Part shown: positions 9,418 to 18,884 of the stretch, piece by piece
Layout of the letters: every line of letters starts with the position of its first letter
How positions within the stretch are numbered: the first letter of the stretch is position 1
Source: a virus
Virus record (IMG/VR): IMGVR_UViG_3300005573_000052
Reading direction: 5' to 3' (one strand)
Length of the DNA stretch: 64,000 bases
Position numbers and translations under genes: made by a program
Notes under the pieces: model-generated
What the model was told of the DNA's origin: nothing
The model's input: only the letters and a program-made list of their open reading frames with translations
Database searches by the model: none

Positions 9418-9767
9418 AGAGAGTCATCCTTCCATTTACCGATTGTGCGTAGAAATGCTTCCGCACGTTGGGCAGCAGTGGCACGGATGACCGGAAGCCA
9501 CTGCTGGTGACGGAGAGACATCATGCCCTTGTGCAATATGGCGTGCAGCTCGCGGTAATAATCGGCCTGCTGTTGTGGTGTTAGCACGTTCTCCGCCTCG
9601 TGCATGGCGTCAAGACTGGCGGGGTAATTGGGGACCTCAAATTCCTCACAGCCTATGTGGCCAAATGACTTGGTTCCCAATAACAGACTGGGGTTCGTCA
9701 AGTCTCGACGGAAATCAAACCACCCGCACACTTCGGCGATGGCAATGCGCTGGGCCTCGGGGTTCAT
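9414..9767 (-). CDS. tandem paralog 2, phage ABA-sandwich-like protein
   Basis: Same three conserved blocks. Confidence 0.8.
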   Translation of the reverse strand: MNPEAQRIAIAEVCGWFDFRRDLTNPSLLLGTKSFGHIGCEEFEVPNYPASLDAMHEAENVLTPQQQADYYRELHAILHKGMMSLRHQQWLPVIRATAAQRAEAFLRTIGKWKDDSL

Positions 9768-10087
9768 GGGGAGTCATCCTTCCATTTGCCGAGAGTGCGC
9801 AGGAAGGCCTCGGCGCGTTGGGCGGCGGTGGCGTGACAAACTGTCCAATCGGCATCGAAATGATGCTGGTGTTTGTCGGGGTGAAGCAGCCGCACAAACT
9901 CGCGGCGTTGGATCGCATCCAGCACTTGTTCGGCCTCATACATGGCATCGAGACTGGTGGAGTAAGAAGGGATAAAAACAGACGACCAATCATAGCCCCG
10001 CGTCCCGGGTCGCTTCCAATAGCCCTTGGCGTTTCGCTCCCACCCGCATATCTCGGCTATCGCAATTCGTTGTGCCTCTGGTGTCAT
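9764..10087 (-). CDS. tandem paralog 1, phage ABA-sandwich-like protein
   Basis: Same three conserved blocks. Confidence 0.8.
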   Translation of the reverse strand: MTPEAQRIAIAEICGWERNAKGYWKRPGTRGYDWSSVFIPSYSTSLDAMYEAEQVLDAIQRREFVRLLHPDKHQHHFDADWTVCHATAAQRAEAFLRTLGKWKDDSP

Positions 10088-10094
10088 GGCGGTA

Positions 10095-10415
10095 TCAAAT
10101 CTCCCCCTTGAGCTTCCGCCAATACTTGCGGGGCAGAGCGACCAGCACCGTCAGCCACGCGCGCAAACTGGCGGGGCGGCGAAAGTGCGAGAGGCCCGGG
10201 TTGGCAAAGTGCTCGGAAGTGAAGTAGGCCGACAACTGCCAGCCCACGCGAGGGTGCAGGCGATAGACTTGGTCGGTCGTGCGGACAAGGACGTTGGTGC
10301 CGACTGAAGTCCATCCGGTGCCCGGGCCGGTTTCGCCGGGGCCGAGGTTGAAGACCGGGAGGTTCTTGGGGATGTCGGAGGGGGATCGGGGGGTAGAGAA
10401 AGTGCCGGGTTGCAT
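10095..10415 (-). CDS. hypothetical protein
   Basis: Start moved to MQPGTF to remove the overlap with the NAMPT-like gene. Confidence 0.5.
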   Translation of the reverse strand: MQPGTFSTPRSPSDIPKNLPVFNLGPGETGPGTGWTSVGTNVLVRTTDQVYRLHPRVGWQLSAYFTSEHFANPGLSHFRRPASLRAWLTVLVALPRKYWRKLKGEI

Positions 10416-10461
10416 GGGTAAAACTGTGTGAATTAGATGGCGAGATGAAGGAGAATGGAAA

Positions 10462-11970
10462 TTAGAGCGACGCCGCCACCCGGGCACGAATTTCGGCCAA
10501 GGTAGGCTCAATCAAGATGGTCCCGTTGAGGAAAATGGGTTTCAGCTCAGACGCTTCCTCCTGCTCAGGCGTGACACAGTCATTCAAAACCAGTCCGCCC
10601 GGCGTCTTGACCACCTGCAAAAGGCCCTTGGCCGACTTCTTCATCCCATCGTCAGTCACCGGGTCCTTGAATATCTCACGGGCGACCCCGTTCACCACTC
10701 CATACGTGGCTTTGACGGCGAAGCCAAAGGTATCGCGGGTGTTATACTGGTAGGTGTAGCTGCCAATCCCGGCCACCCAGTTGGTCGAGGCGAAGCCCTT
10801 GTCCTTGAGGCGCAGGTGGATGCGCTGCTGACGGTCCAGCGAAATGGAGTCGCCATAGATGGTTCCGATGCACGGGGACAACATCTTGTAGCCCAAGGCG
10901 TTGACGGTGCCACCGAAGATATCCCAGAGGGCCTCGATGACCCCCTTGCGAGTGACAGCCTTGCCCGCCGCGTCCAGCTTCTCCATCTGGGGGTGATAGC
11001 CGTCAAACCCGCAGAGACAGTCAACTGGATCGGTCCAGAACGAGTCGGGACGGATGACAACCTTGCCCTTGCGGGCGGCGATTTTGGTCTTGAGTGCCGG
11101 GAGGATGACGGTCAAAACGCGCTGAAGACTCCATGTGTCGGACACAATGCTAATAATGGCGTCGTCTGGCGTATTGTCAATCAGGCGCTCGAACGTGCCT
11201 ATCTCGTCCTGCTGGCCGCTGAGAGCCATGATGGAGTGTTCGGTAGCACGGACCGATGCCCCAACCAGCTCCTTGCGGGCGTCCGTCCGGTAGTAAAGCT
11301 CCAGAAACCGGATGGCAGGGACTGTGTCGGTCCCGGTGAAGCCAACCGCAAGGTGCGCCGCACCACTGGTGCAAGCTGACTCAAGACTACTCATCCCACG
11401 CATGGAGAAATCATGGCCCTGCCACTGACAGAATCCTGTATCTCCGGTCGTCTCCAATGCGGCCCGCCGGAACTCGCGCAAGAACTCGCGGGCAAGAGTG
11501 GCCGTGGTATACGGCTGCCACAGCGTAGTGCTGAGGATGGTTTCGAGGAAATTGACCAGCCAGTAAGCATGGTCAACCGTATTGGTGATGGTGAGGGACG
11601 GGACACGAATGGGACAAAGCGACCCTTCCGGGAGAGCCTTGATGAGAAGGGGAAGGTAGCCCAAGTCATGCAACGACTTGATATGGGCGAGGGTCACCGC
11701 TCCCGGTCCCAAGGTAGAATCCATGAGGGACTGATAAGGGGCTGACACTTCCTCCCACGGGCGCGAAAAAAACTCGCGGTTCCACTGGTTGACCAGATAC
11801 TCGCGGAGAAAGTAGGTGTGACCGAACACCACTACCTGATTGATGCCTTCAACCCGGCTCTTGCGCGGGGTCAAGTTGGAGTAGATGCGGGTCGTGCCGG
11901 GTTCATACATGGCGTAGTGACCCTGCTTGTAGAAGTCGGTTTGGATGAGGGGAGATATGGAGATGTTCAT
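10462..11970 (-). CDS. nadV: nicotinamide phosphoribosyltransferase-like protein (NadV/NAMPT; possibly NARP1 Namat)
   Basis: TDFYKQGH, HDFSMRGMSS, GTDT, ATEHS, SIVSDTW, VIRPDS, IYGDSI, TRDTFGFAVKAT, KDPVTDDGMKKSAKG. Confidence 0.92.
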   Translation of the reverse strand: MNISISPLIQTDFYKQGHYAMYEPGTTRIYSNLTPRKSRVEGINQVVVFGHTYFLREYLVNQWNREFFSRPWEEVSAPYQSLMDSTLGPGAVTLAHIKSLHDLGYLPLLIKALPEGSLCPIRVPSLTITNTVDHAYWLVNFLETILSTTLWQPYTTATLAREFLREFRRAALETTGDTGFCQWQGHDFSMRGMSSLESACTSGAAHLAVGFTGTDTVPAIRFLELYYRTDARKELVGASVRATEHSIMALSGQQDEIGTFERLIDNTPDDAIISIVSDTWSLQRVLTVILPALKTKIAARKGKVVIRPDSFWTDPVDCLCGFDGYHPQMEKLDAAGKAVTRKGVIEALWDIFGGTVNALGYKMLSPCIGTIYGDSISLDRQQRIHLRLKDKGFASTNWVAGIGSYTYQYNTRDTFGFAVKATYGVVNGVAREIFKDPVTDDGMKKSAKGLLQVVKTPGGLVLNDCVTPEQEEASELKPIFLNGTILIEPTLAEIRARVAASL

Positions 11971-12395
11971 GAAGAAGGGGCTGCTTGGGTGGGAGAAAAA
12001 AGATAAGAGGCCAAAGCCTCGCGGAGAATGGTATAAGCTTGGCCTAGTCCCGCCCGGTCGTCAAGCAGGATGTTGTAATACATCTTGCCGTGGTTGCCGA
12101 AAGGCATGGGGAACGGATTGGTGTTGATGGAAGCCACAGGGATACCGAGAGACTCGACGTAAGCCTTGATGGCGGGGTATTTGTCAGGCGGCGAACCGGT
12201 AAAAATGCAAACGTAAGCCCCGACCTCTGCACAGCGGTGAACCAGCGAAATGACAGCGGGATAGGCGAATCCCCGCGAATGGTAGTCAAAAATCGTGTCG
12301 TCGTAGTCCAGCGCGATGATGATTTTGCCGTGCTTCCGCCATTCCTGAAACAGGCGGTCGGCGGCGACGTGGGTATCGAAGTAGGGGTCGTTCAT
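11967..12395 (-). CDS. HAD-superfamily hydrolase-like protein
   Basis: IIIALDYDDTIF (DxDxT) and ILLDDRAG. Confidence 0.7.
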   Translation of the reverse strand: MNDPYFDTHVAADRLFQEWRKHGKIIIALDYDDTIFDYHSRGFAYPAVISLVHRCAEVGAYVCIFTGSPPDKYPAIKAYVESLGIPVASINTNPFPMPFGNHGKMYYNILLDDRAGLGQAYTILREALASYLFSPTQAAPSS

Positions 12396-13252
12396 CGAGA
12401 GAACACCTCATCCAAATCCAGAGTGACCACCCGGTCGTCAATCCCGGCGGGCCAGACGGCATGATACGAGTTGGTGGTATAAATCTCGTCAATGCCTCCG
12501 GTGTAAAGTGGTCCAGTTCCCTTGGTGAATAAACCATGAGTGACGTAGAGCACGATTTTGCCTGCGTTCTTGGTCTTGAGGACCTTGGCCAACTCCACGA
12601 AAGTGCGGCCTCCATCACACAGGTCATCAACAATGATGATATCGCGTCCGCCCAAGTCGGATGCATAGACCACCGTCTCCTTGATCTGTCCCGTGGCCAA
12701 ATCGCGCAGTTTGTCAGCGCGGATGAATTCGGAGTGCCCAAAATAGGCGGCGAGTGTGGCGATCTTCTTGTTCGCCCCCGCGTCCGGGCTGATGAAAAGA
12801 CCGCCGGAGGTGGCGATGCGTTTGGTCAAAGCATCAAATCGTCCGATGATATCGACTTGGGAGCAGACGCGCAAACGGTCGATGACCGCCCCGGTTACGT
12901 CACTGTGGGGGTCAAAGGTGATGACTTCAGCAAACCCCATGGCGTTGATGAGGTTGCCAAAGACCTTGAGGCTGAAAGCTTCGCCCGGAACACAAACACG
13001 GTCTTGGCGTCCATAGGGGACGTAGGGCAGCACCAGTGAGATGGGACGGTTATCAAGCCGGGCAAGCGCATCCTTCACCATGGCCAGCTCAATGATGTCG
13101 TTAGCACTCTGGAGACGAGCGGTGATATACTGGGTGCCAGCCTCAGCCAGATAGCGAAGGTTGGACGTGTCAAGCTTCACGCCGATTTCGCCGCCGGGGA
13201 AGAGAAAGGTCTGGAGGTTGAGCGATTGTGTTCCCTTGGAGATTTTAATCAT
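12392..13252 (-). CDS. prs: ribose-phosphate pyrophosphokinase-like protein (Prs; possibly NARP1 Adps)
   Basis: FPGGE, PYVPYGRQDR, DPHS, SPDAGA, IIIVDDLCDGGRTF, VTHGLF. Start set at MIKISK, just after the promoter. Confidence 0.92.
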   Translation of the reverse strand: MIKISKGTQSLNLQTFLFPGGEIGVKLDTSNLRYLAEAGTQYITARLQSANDIIELAMVKDALARLDNRPISLVLPYVPYGRQDRVCVPGEAFSLKVFGNLINAMGFAEVITFDPHSDVTGAVIDRLRVCSQVDIIGRFDALTKRIATSGGLFISPDAGANKKIATLAAYFGHSEFIRADKLRDLATGQIKETVVYASDLGGRDIIIVDDLCDGGRTFVELAKVLKTKNAGKIVLYVTHGLFTKGTGPLYTGGIDEIYTTNSYHAVWPAGIDDRVVTLDLDEVFSR

Positions 13253-13258
13253 GGAGGT

Positions 13259-13288
13259 ATGATAGCCCAATTGAGTCGCCGCTGTCAA
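13259..13288 (-). promoter_or_regulatory. promoter for prs-HAD-nadV (probably leaderless)
   Basis: TTGACA-N18-TATCAT, 6 nt before ATG 13252. Confidence 0.7.
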
Positions 13289-13659
13289 GCCGAAACCTGC
13301 CCGTCGCGCACGAACCGGTAAGACCGACCCATCAGGTAGTTCTCGACTTCTACGGGGTCAGTTACGACATGTGTAGCGTAACGATCCGCCTGCTCAGGGG
13401 TCAAGCCTTCATCCACCGCCCAAGCCCACCTCGCCGGGTCTATGACCTCGGCCCGAAAAAATACATCCGACTCGGACTCGATATGCCCAAAGTGAAGAGT
13501 GGCCTGTCGCGGCACGTCATCATGGCGCGGGCCGGTCGGAGCCCAATGAAGGAGGACGCTGGACCCAGTGAACTCCATTTGGGTGTGGAGGCTCAGCTCT
13601 GCGCCGGTTTCGCGCGCGAGGGAGGACAGGTGGGAGGTCAGGGTGGAGAGGGTGGTCAT
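13285..13659 (-). CDS. hypothetical protein
   Basis: ORF track; co-oriented with neighbours. Confidence 0.65.
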   Translation of the reverse strand: MTTLSTLTSHLSSLARETGAELSLHTQMEFTGSSVLLHWAPTGPRHDDVPRQATLHFGHIESESDVFFRAEVIDPARWAWAVDEGLTPEQADRYATHVVTDPVEVENYLMGRSYRFVRDGQVSA

Positions 13660-13668
13660 GGAAAGGGG

Positions 13669-13950
13669 TCAGACAAACATGGCAAGAGAATCCGTTCCAG
13701 AGTCGTATCTGACCCCGCACCGAATCAGTTCGACAATCTGGTCTTCCGTCGCCACCTTGGCCAGTTCGTCGGGAGGGATATCCAGCCATATCTCGTCATG
13801 CTCGGCAGCACTGACCATGTCTCGTTTGCCGGGAACCAGACGGTCGAGCAGGTTGAAGGCGTGAAGGTCGGAGCGGTTGGACGTGCGAGTCAGAACCCGA
13901 TCAAAGCGCAGGTATTCGTCGGAGTAGCGTTCGTATTGGTCGTGGGTCAT
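13669..13950 (-). CDS. hypothetical protein
   Basis: Start at MTHDQY; SAAEHDEIWL...ELIRCGVRYD resembles a recurrent phage hypothetical. Confidence 0.7.
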   Translation of the reverse strand: MTHDQYERYSDEYLRFDRVLTRTSNRSDLHAFNLLDRLVPGKRDMVSAAEHDEIWLDIPPDELAKVATEDQIVELIRCGVRYDSGTDSLAMFV

Positions 13951-13963
13951 GGATGGGGGTGAG

Positions 13964-14221
13964 TTAGGGATTGGGCTGAGGAGGATAGAGCATTGCACCT
14001 TGCAGCGCCCACAGAATGGCGAAACGGACCGGTTTATAGGCACTGTCCGGGCACCAGCCAGCCACGGCGTAAAGACCGTCCGGGGCCATCACAGTGCAAT
14101 ACCAGTCGCTGGATTTGTCGTCCCGTTCGGCGCAGATAAAATGGCCCTTGTAGCGCCCGTAGAAGTGACGGGGGCCTTGGTCATCGCAGCGAAGACGGGG
14201 AGCGGAGGACAGATGGCTCAT
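13964..14221 (-). CDS. hypothetical protein
   Basis: ATGA overlap with the upstream stop at 14218. Confidence 0.6.
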   Translation of the reverse strand: MSHLSSAPRLRCDDQGPRHFYGRYKGHFICAERDDKSSDWYCTVMAPDGLYAVAGWCPDSAYKPVRFAILWALQGAMLYPPQPNP

Positions 14222-14478
14222 GACTTGAACGGCTTCCACCAGTTCGCGCGGTCGGCCCACCACTCCCCGTAGCTGTTGTAAAACGCGGGCGGGCGACTCA
14301 TGAAAAGGCTGATAACCAAGATGATGAGCCAAAGATGGGCCAAGACACTAGCCGTGGTATGAGACCACCGGTTGATGAGCAAGGCACAGATGGGAAGAGA
14401 GAAGATGATGGCCCAGTTACGAAGCATCCGCCCGAGAACGCGCGGGATGCTGTTGGGATTGGAAGATGGAGTGGGCAT
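14218..14478 (-). CDS. small membrane protein
   Basis: Two hydrophobic stretches. Confidence 0.55.
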   Translation of the reverse strand: MPTPSSNPNSIPRVLGRMLRNWAIIFSLPICALLINRWSHTTASVLAHLWLIILVISLFMSRPPAFYNSYGEWWADRANWWKPFKS

Positions 14479-14492
14479 AGGTGAAAGGTGGA

Positions 14493-17400
14493 TTAGATGA
14501 CAACCGTTCCGGGGTCGGACCGCTTGAGTTTGACAGAAATCGGTTGAATGATAAGGCTGTCAGCGAAGAGTATGCCCCCATCGCGCGCGAACGTGGCAGT
14601 GACAATGACCAAGTCGCCCTCCTTGGGCAGCCCGCCGTTAAACGAGCGACAGGCCTCCACCCGCTCGGACCCATGGAGCATAGCCTTGATTGAGCCGGTA
14701 TCATCCGAGAGCACCAGCTTGATGTAGGGCTCCTTGGACTTCTGACTGACGCACGACTTGGCCTCGTCCACAAAACAAACCAGTTTCACGGGGTCCTGTC
14801 GCGCCGGTTTCGGGGGGGTCGTCCCCTTGAGCGCGTGCTCGGCCACCACCTTAGCCCGCTCCTCAGCCGCGATCCGCCCCTTGTCTAGAACCTGAACGAC
14901 AGAGAGCAGTCCCACCACGCGGGTGGAAAAGATTTGGTGCAAGGAGCCCGAATAGCTGAACCCAAGCAGATGCCTCTCCATGACGTAAGCGCACAGCTCC
15001 TCGTTCTTCGCGTTCGCCACATACTGGTCCCAATAGGGCTGGTAGTTGCGGCGGAGAGTATCGAGCTGGGAAGCTGGGAGCAGAACCTTCCCCTTCTCAT
15101 CCTTGCGGTCAGCCAGCCCCTTAATCGTGGCGGTAAGGTCCCAGTCGTGTTCGGGCGCGAACTGGGTGACCAGCCGTTTCTGCCTATCGCTCTTGGAAAG
15201 CAGGTTGTAGAGCTGGGCTTCGAGGGCCAGTTTGGTGCGCGGCACGCCGGGCCATTCGAGGCAACCCGAGTAGATGAGGCTAGTAAGCACCGCTATGTTA
15301 ATACCCGCCGCCTTCGCGGCCTCGAACATATCGAATTTGGTGGTGAAGGAGCGGTTGAACCCGGCGAGTTTCGCCATGGTTGAGTCCGAGATGCCTTTAA
15401 CCGAAGCCAGCCCAAACCGAATGGAGGTTTCGCCGGTCGCCTCGTCTCGCTCCAGAGAAAAGTCGGACTGGGACTTGATGATGCTAGGTGGGAGCAGCTT
15501 GACCCCAGTCTGCTTCATCTCGGCAATAATGGAGTTCATATACTCCGTGGGGTTGGGCTCCTCGCGCGCCAACCGGAGCATGGTCAGATAGAAGGCTTGC
15601 GGGTGCTTGGCCTTGAGGTAAATCGTTGCGGCGGATAGGTATGCGTAGGAAAAAGCGTGCGAGTTGCTCACGACGATGCCGTTGGCAAAAAAAAGATGAT
15701 CGAAATGGTCAACCTCCAAATCAAGCGTAAGTTCTGGCTGATTGCTCCCCGTCCAGTGCTCAATGATAGGAGAAGTGTTGTCCTCGGTGAGCAACGGACA
15801 GGTCGGATGCCGAAGCAATTCGCGCAAGGTTCGCATCGCCCCGTCCACGCATTTCAACTTGTGGTCAAGAGAACAGGTAATCTGTCTCCCGTTAGACAGA
15901 AAAGCAGTGTAGAGTGGACGGTATCCCGTGTGAACAGCAACCACGCGCACAAAACCCGAAGGAGCGAGAACGGAATCACCCGGTTGAATCGCATCCAAAC
16001 GACGAGGCCCATCTGGCGTGGTGACTAGCGTAGCGGGATGAAGGCACTTGACGAACAGGTAGTCCGCGCTGGCGTTACACACATCCCAGAAATACTTGAT
16101 GACTACGTCGGGAACTCCACGAGCGCGTCCATTCTCGTAAAGGACGGCTTCCCATTTCGCCATCTCCTCCCGTTTTTTCTTAGACACCGCATACCGGACG
16201 CTATCAGCGTCGATAGGACTCATGCCAAAAACACTGATGCAAACCGCTGTGATCTGCTCCTGAAATACTAGCACGTTACCAGTTGGCTTGAGCACCTCGT
16301 CAACGGGCGGATAGATGGTTTTTAGCAGTCCCTTGTTTGTGTAGTCGGCGAACTGCTTCAATCCGGCCAAGGCTCCGGGGCGGGAAATGGCCACTGCGGC
16401 ACTCAGGTCATCAATATTGCGCGGCTTGATTTGCAGAACTGCCTCCTTGGTTGTCCCCTCTTCAATCTGGAACAGACCCATGTAAGTAGAACACCTGTTG
16501 AGGTAATCATAGATAACGGGGGAGTTCACGTCGATGTCTTCTACCCTCTCACCCGCCAATGCGGCGGTTTGGGCCACAATATCGGCGCTCCTCAGACCGA
16601 GAAGATCAATCTTGATCGCAAGCCCGGCCACGGTTTCCATGTCAAACGACGACACTACGTCGCCCGTCTTGGACAACTCGGTGGGAATGTTACCGTCAAG
16701 CGGGTCATAAGCGACGAGAACACCACTAGGGTGTTGTCCTTTTGCTACAGGAGCCCCCTCAATAGCCATGGCCAGCGCGAATATCTCGGCGTTGCGCGGG
16801 TCCAGCGTCAGCCACTTCTTCACGTCCTCGTTCTTCTCCCGCGCCTCGTGCAACGATTGGACTTTGCCAAAGCGGGCCTCAATCATACCACCCACCGCCT
16901 TGGCCTCTTCTTCGTCGTAGCCTGCGTAGACCTTGAGGACATCCTTGAGGGCCGTCTTGCCGGTCAATTCGAGTCTCGTGCTGATTTTAGACGTGCGACC
17001 CACATACTTGGTTTCGACATACTTGACTACGTCTGCACGACGGAGATACTCATAGTCACAGTCGATGTCGGGTGCGGCCTTGCCATCCACGTAAACCACC
17101 CCGTCCTTGACGACCGGTTTCATACGTGCTTCGGAGATAAATCGCTGGAAATTAAGACCATGACGAATCGGGTTAACGCGAGTAATACCAAGGCAATAAT
17201 TCGTCAAACTGGACGCCGCGCTCCCGCGTCCGTAGCCACGAATGATACCCTGTTTATCCGCCCACCTGTTTATGTCGTGGACCAAAAGCAAATATGGAAT
17301 CACGCCGGTCTTGTCGAACGTGACGAACTCAGCCTTGAACTGGGCGATAACCGTCTCCCGATTTATCCCAGCAAACGCCCCCTTCGCCTCCAGCTCCAAA

Positions 17401-17570
17401 AACCCTTTCCACGCCAGTGTGCGAAGCACATCGCGGTCGGTCGCGGTCGGCTTAACACCCAGCGCCACGCGCTCCTCGGGCGAGATGGTCAGAGAAGGGA
17501 AGCGAACCAACCCGAGGTTCGGGAAGGACAGGGGGGTGAACTGGCTGAGAAAGGGGTTGGTTGGGGCCAT
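14493..17570 (-). CDS. dnaE: DNA polymerase III alpha catalytic part (no PHP domain), intein-containing
   Basis: GYGRGSAASSL, PDIDCD, HPSGV, KIDLLGL, GLFQIE, FQEQI, SHAFSYA, IRFGLASVKGI, C-terminal OB fold; start after promoter 17584-17613. Confidence 0.93.
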   Translation of the reverse strand: MAPTNPFLSQFTPLSFPNLGLVRFPSLTISPEERVALGVKPTATDRDVLRTLAWKGFLELEAKGAFAGINRETVIAQFKAEFVTFDKTGVIPYLLLVHDINRWADKQGIIRGYGRGSAASSLTNYCLGITRVNPIRHGLNFQRFISEARMKPVVKDGVVYVDGKAAPDIDCDYEYLRRADVVKYVETKYVGRTSKISTRLELTGKTALKDVLKVYAGYDEEEAKAVGGMIEARFGKVQSLHEAREKNEDVKKWLTLDPRNAEIFALAMAIEGAPVAKGQHPSGVLVAYDPLDGNIPTELSKTGDVVSSFDMETVAGLAIKIDLLGLRSADIVAQTAALAGERVEDIDVNSPVIYDYLNRCSTYMGLFQIEEGTTKEAVLQIKPRNIDDLSAAVAISRPGALAGLKQFADYTNKGLLKTIYPPVDEVLKPTGNVLVFQEQITAVCISVFGMSPIDADSVRYAVSKKKREEMAKWEAVLYENGRARGVPDVVIKYFWDVCNASADYLFVKCLHPATLVTTPDGPRRLDAIQPGDSVLAPSGFVRVVAVHTGYRPLYTAFLSNGRQITCSLDHKLKCVDGAMRTLRELLRHPTCPLLTEDNTSPIIEHWTGSNQPELTLDLEVDHFDHLFFANGIVVSNSHAFSYAYLSAATIYLKAKHPQAFYLTMLRLAREEPNPTEYMNSIIAEMKQTGVKLLPPSIIKSQSDFSLERDEATGETSIRFGLASVKGISDSTMAKLAGFNRSFTTKFDMFEAAKAAGINIAVLTSLIYSGCLEWPGVPRTKLALEAQLYNLLSKSDRQKRLVTQFAPEHDWDLTATIKGLADRKDEKGKVLLPASQLDTLRRNYQPYWDQYVANAKNEELCAYVMERHLLGFSYSGSLHQIFSTRVVGLLSVVQVLDKGRIAAEERAKVVAEHALKGTTPPKPARQDPVKLVCFVDEAKSCVSQKSKEPYIKLVLSDDTGSIKAMLHGSERVEACRSFNGGLPKEGDLVIVTATFARDGGILFADSLIIQPISVKLKRSDPGTVVI
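15663..16046 (-). mobile_element. 128-aa mini-intein in DnaE
   Basis: YLFVK|CLHPATLV...CSLDHKL...DLEVD...FFANGIVVSN|SHAFSYA; blocks A, B, F, G present, no endonuclease, Ser+1. Confidence 0.92.
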
Positions 17571-17583
17571 GCGAGAGAGCGGT

Positions 17584-17613
17584 ATTGTAGTCTGATTGGG
17601 TCCCACTAGTCAA
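17584..17613 (-). promoter_or_regulatory. promoter for dnaE
   Basis: TTGACT-N18-TACAAT. Confidence 0.65.
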
Positions 17614-17837
17614 TCCCTAACCCGCGCCCGCGCCCAGACGTTATCTGGGGTCGCGCCGATGGGGAAGTGGCCAAGGTAAATCCAATGCTCGTCACGCATT
17701 CTCTCATACAGGCCAATGGGAGCGTTCCTCATGCTACCCCTCTCATCGCAAACTACCGTAAATCGGTCATACCAACCGTCAACCGGAACGCTTTGAGGCT
17801 GGTAGAAGTAGGCGAGATAGATGGGCGGAAAAATCAT
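17610..17837 (-). CDS. hypothetical protein
   Basis: ORF track; co-oriented. Confidence 0.6.
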   Translation of the reverse strand: MIFPPIYLAYFYQPQSVPVDGWYDRFTVVCDERGSMRNAPIGLYERMRDEHWIYLGHFPIGATPDNVWARARVRD

Positions 17838-17840
17838 GGC

Positions 17841-18491
17841 TTAGCACTCCACTCGCTTGACCAGCTCCCTGAGCACGCCGCCCATGCGCGTGATATCGTA
17901 GGTGGCTGAGTGTGCCTCATTGGCCGAGTAGTCTATCCCAAACTCCTGACACATCGCGCCCAAGTTGGTCTTCATGCCCTTCTCATAGTAGTCGGAGCAC
18001 TGGTATTGGAAGCGGAGGAAGGCTTCTGGTGACGACAGATCGGGCACAAAGCCCTTACGGTAGGCCTTGGAGATGGCCAAGGTGTCAAGACACGGGCGGT
18101 AGAGATAGCTGTAGTTGGGAGTGGTGCCCATCAGGCGCTGCCACGTTGCCAGCATCGCAAAATCAAACCCGAGCAAGTTATGGGCCACGGCCCGGTAATC
18201 GGGCGAGAACAGAAGCGGCGCAAACTCGGCCCACACCTCGTGCGGGTCGCGCGCATTGGCGTCGTATTCGGCCCGGTCAAAATGGACCTTGCGAGCCAGC
18301 TCGGGATCAATGGTGAAATTGGGCCAGCGGATGAGCACCCGCTTCGTCCACCGCATGCCGTCGCGGAGAGTAAACTCGCCGTAGGCCAGTTCCCATGGGA
18401 GGGAGTAGCAACCGTTCAATCCGTTCGACTCGGTGTCGAGCAGAAGAAACTTCTGGTCCATTGCGTAACGCGTGAGTCCGCCGAATATCAT
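17841..18491 (-). CDS. DEDDh 3'-5' exonuclease (Pol III epsilon-like)
   Basis: LLDTESNG, AHNLLGFD, LDTL, AHSATYD. Confidence 0.88.
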   Translation of the reverse strand: MIFGGLTRYAMDQKFLLLDTESNGLNGCYSLPWELAYGEFTLRDGMRWTKRVLIRWPNFTIDPELARKVHFDRAEYDANARDPHEVWAEFAPLLFSPDYRAVAHNLLGFDFAMLATWQRLMGTTPNYSYLYRPCLDTLAISKAYRKGFVPDLSSPEAFLRFQYQCSDYYEKGMKTNLGAMCQEFGIDYSANEAHSATYDITRMGGVLRELVKRVEC

Positions 18492-18515
18492 AGAGGGGTG
18501 TCGGGTAACAGTGCC

Positions 18516-18545
18516 AGTATAGCCCGGTTAAGGCGCGGGTGTCAA
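18516..18545 (-). promoter_or_regulatory. sigma70-like promoter
   Basis: TTGACA-cccgcgccttAACCGGGC-TATACT. Confidence 0.75.
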
Positions 18546-18884
18546 GGTGGATTGCTCGGGCAGCGAAACAAATGGAAACAACCTATAGCCCATGCTATCC
18601 ACCCATCCTGACGAGTAATCGTGCTTGTAGTCCCATGGACGAACCTCGTAAAGCCCGGGGGAGCAATCGGTTAGATTGATGATCTGGGACACAACATTGA
18701 CGGCCCCCGTGTCGCGCAGGTCATCCCAGAAAAACTGAACTCCCCAGCTTAACGACTCTACAGACAGAATCCGATAGAGCCAAGACACCACCTCGGGGCT
18801 AGTTTCGTCATTAACCTCAAGCCTGACGACACAGAAGTTCAAAGGTTCCCCGGGAGGGACGGAAGATGGATCAGGGTATTTCAT
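18528..18884 (-). CDS. hypothetical protein
   Basis: ORF track; overlap-coupled. Confidence 0.65.
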   Translation of the reverse strand: MKYPDPSSVPPGEPLNFCVVRLEVNDETSPEVVSWLYRILSVESLSWGVQFFWDDLRDTGAVNVVSQIINLTDCSPGLYEVRPWDYKHDYSSGWVDSMGYRLFPFVSLPEQSTLTPAP

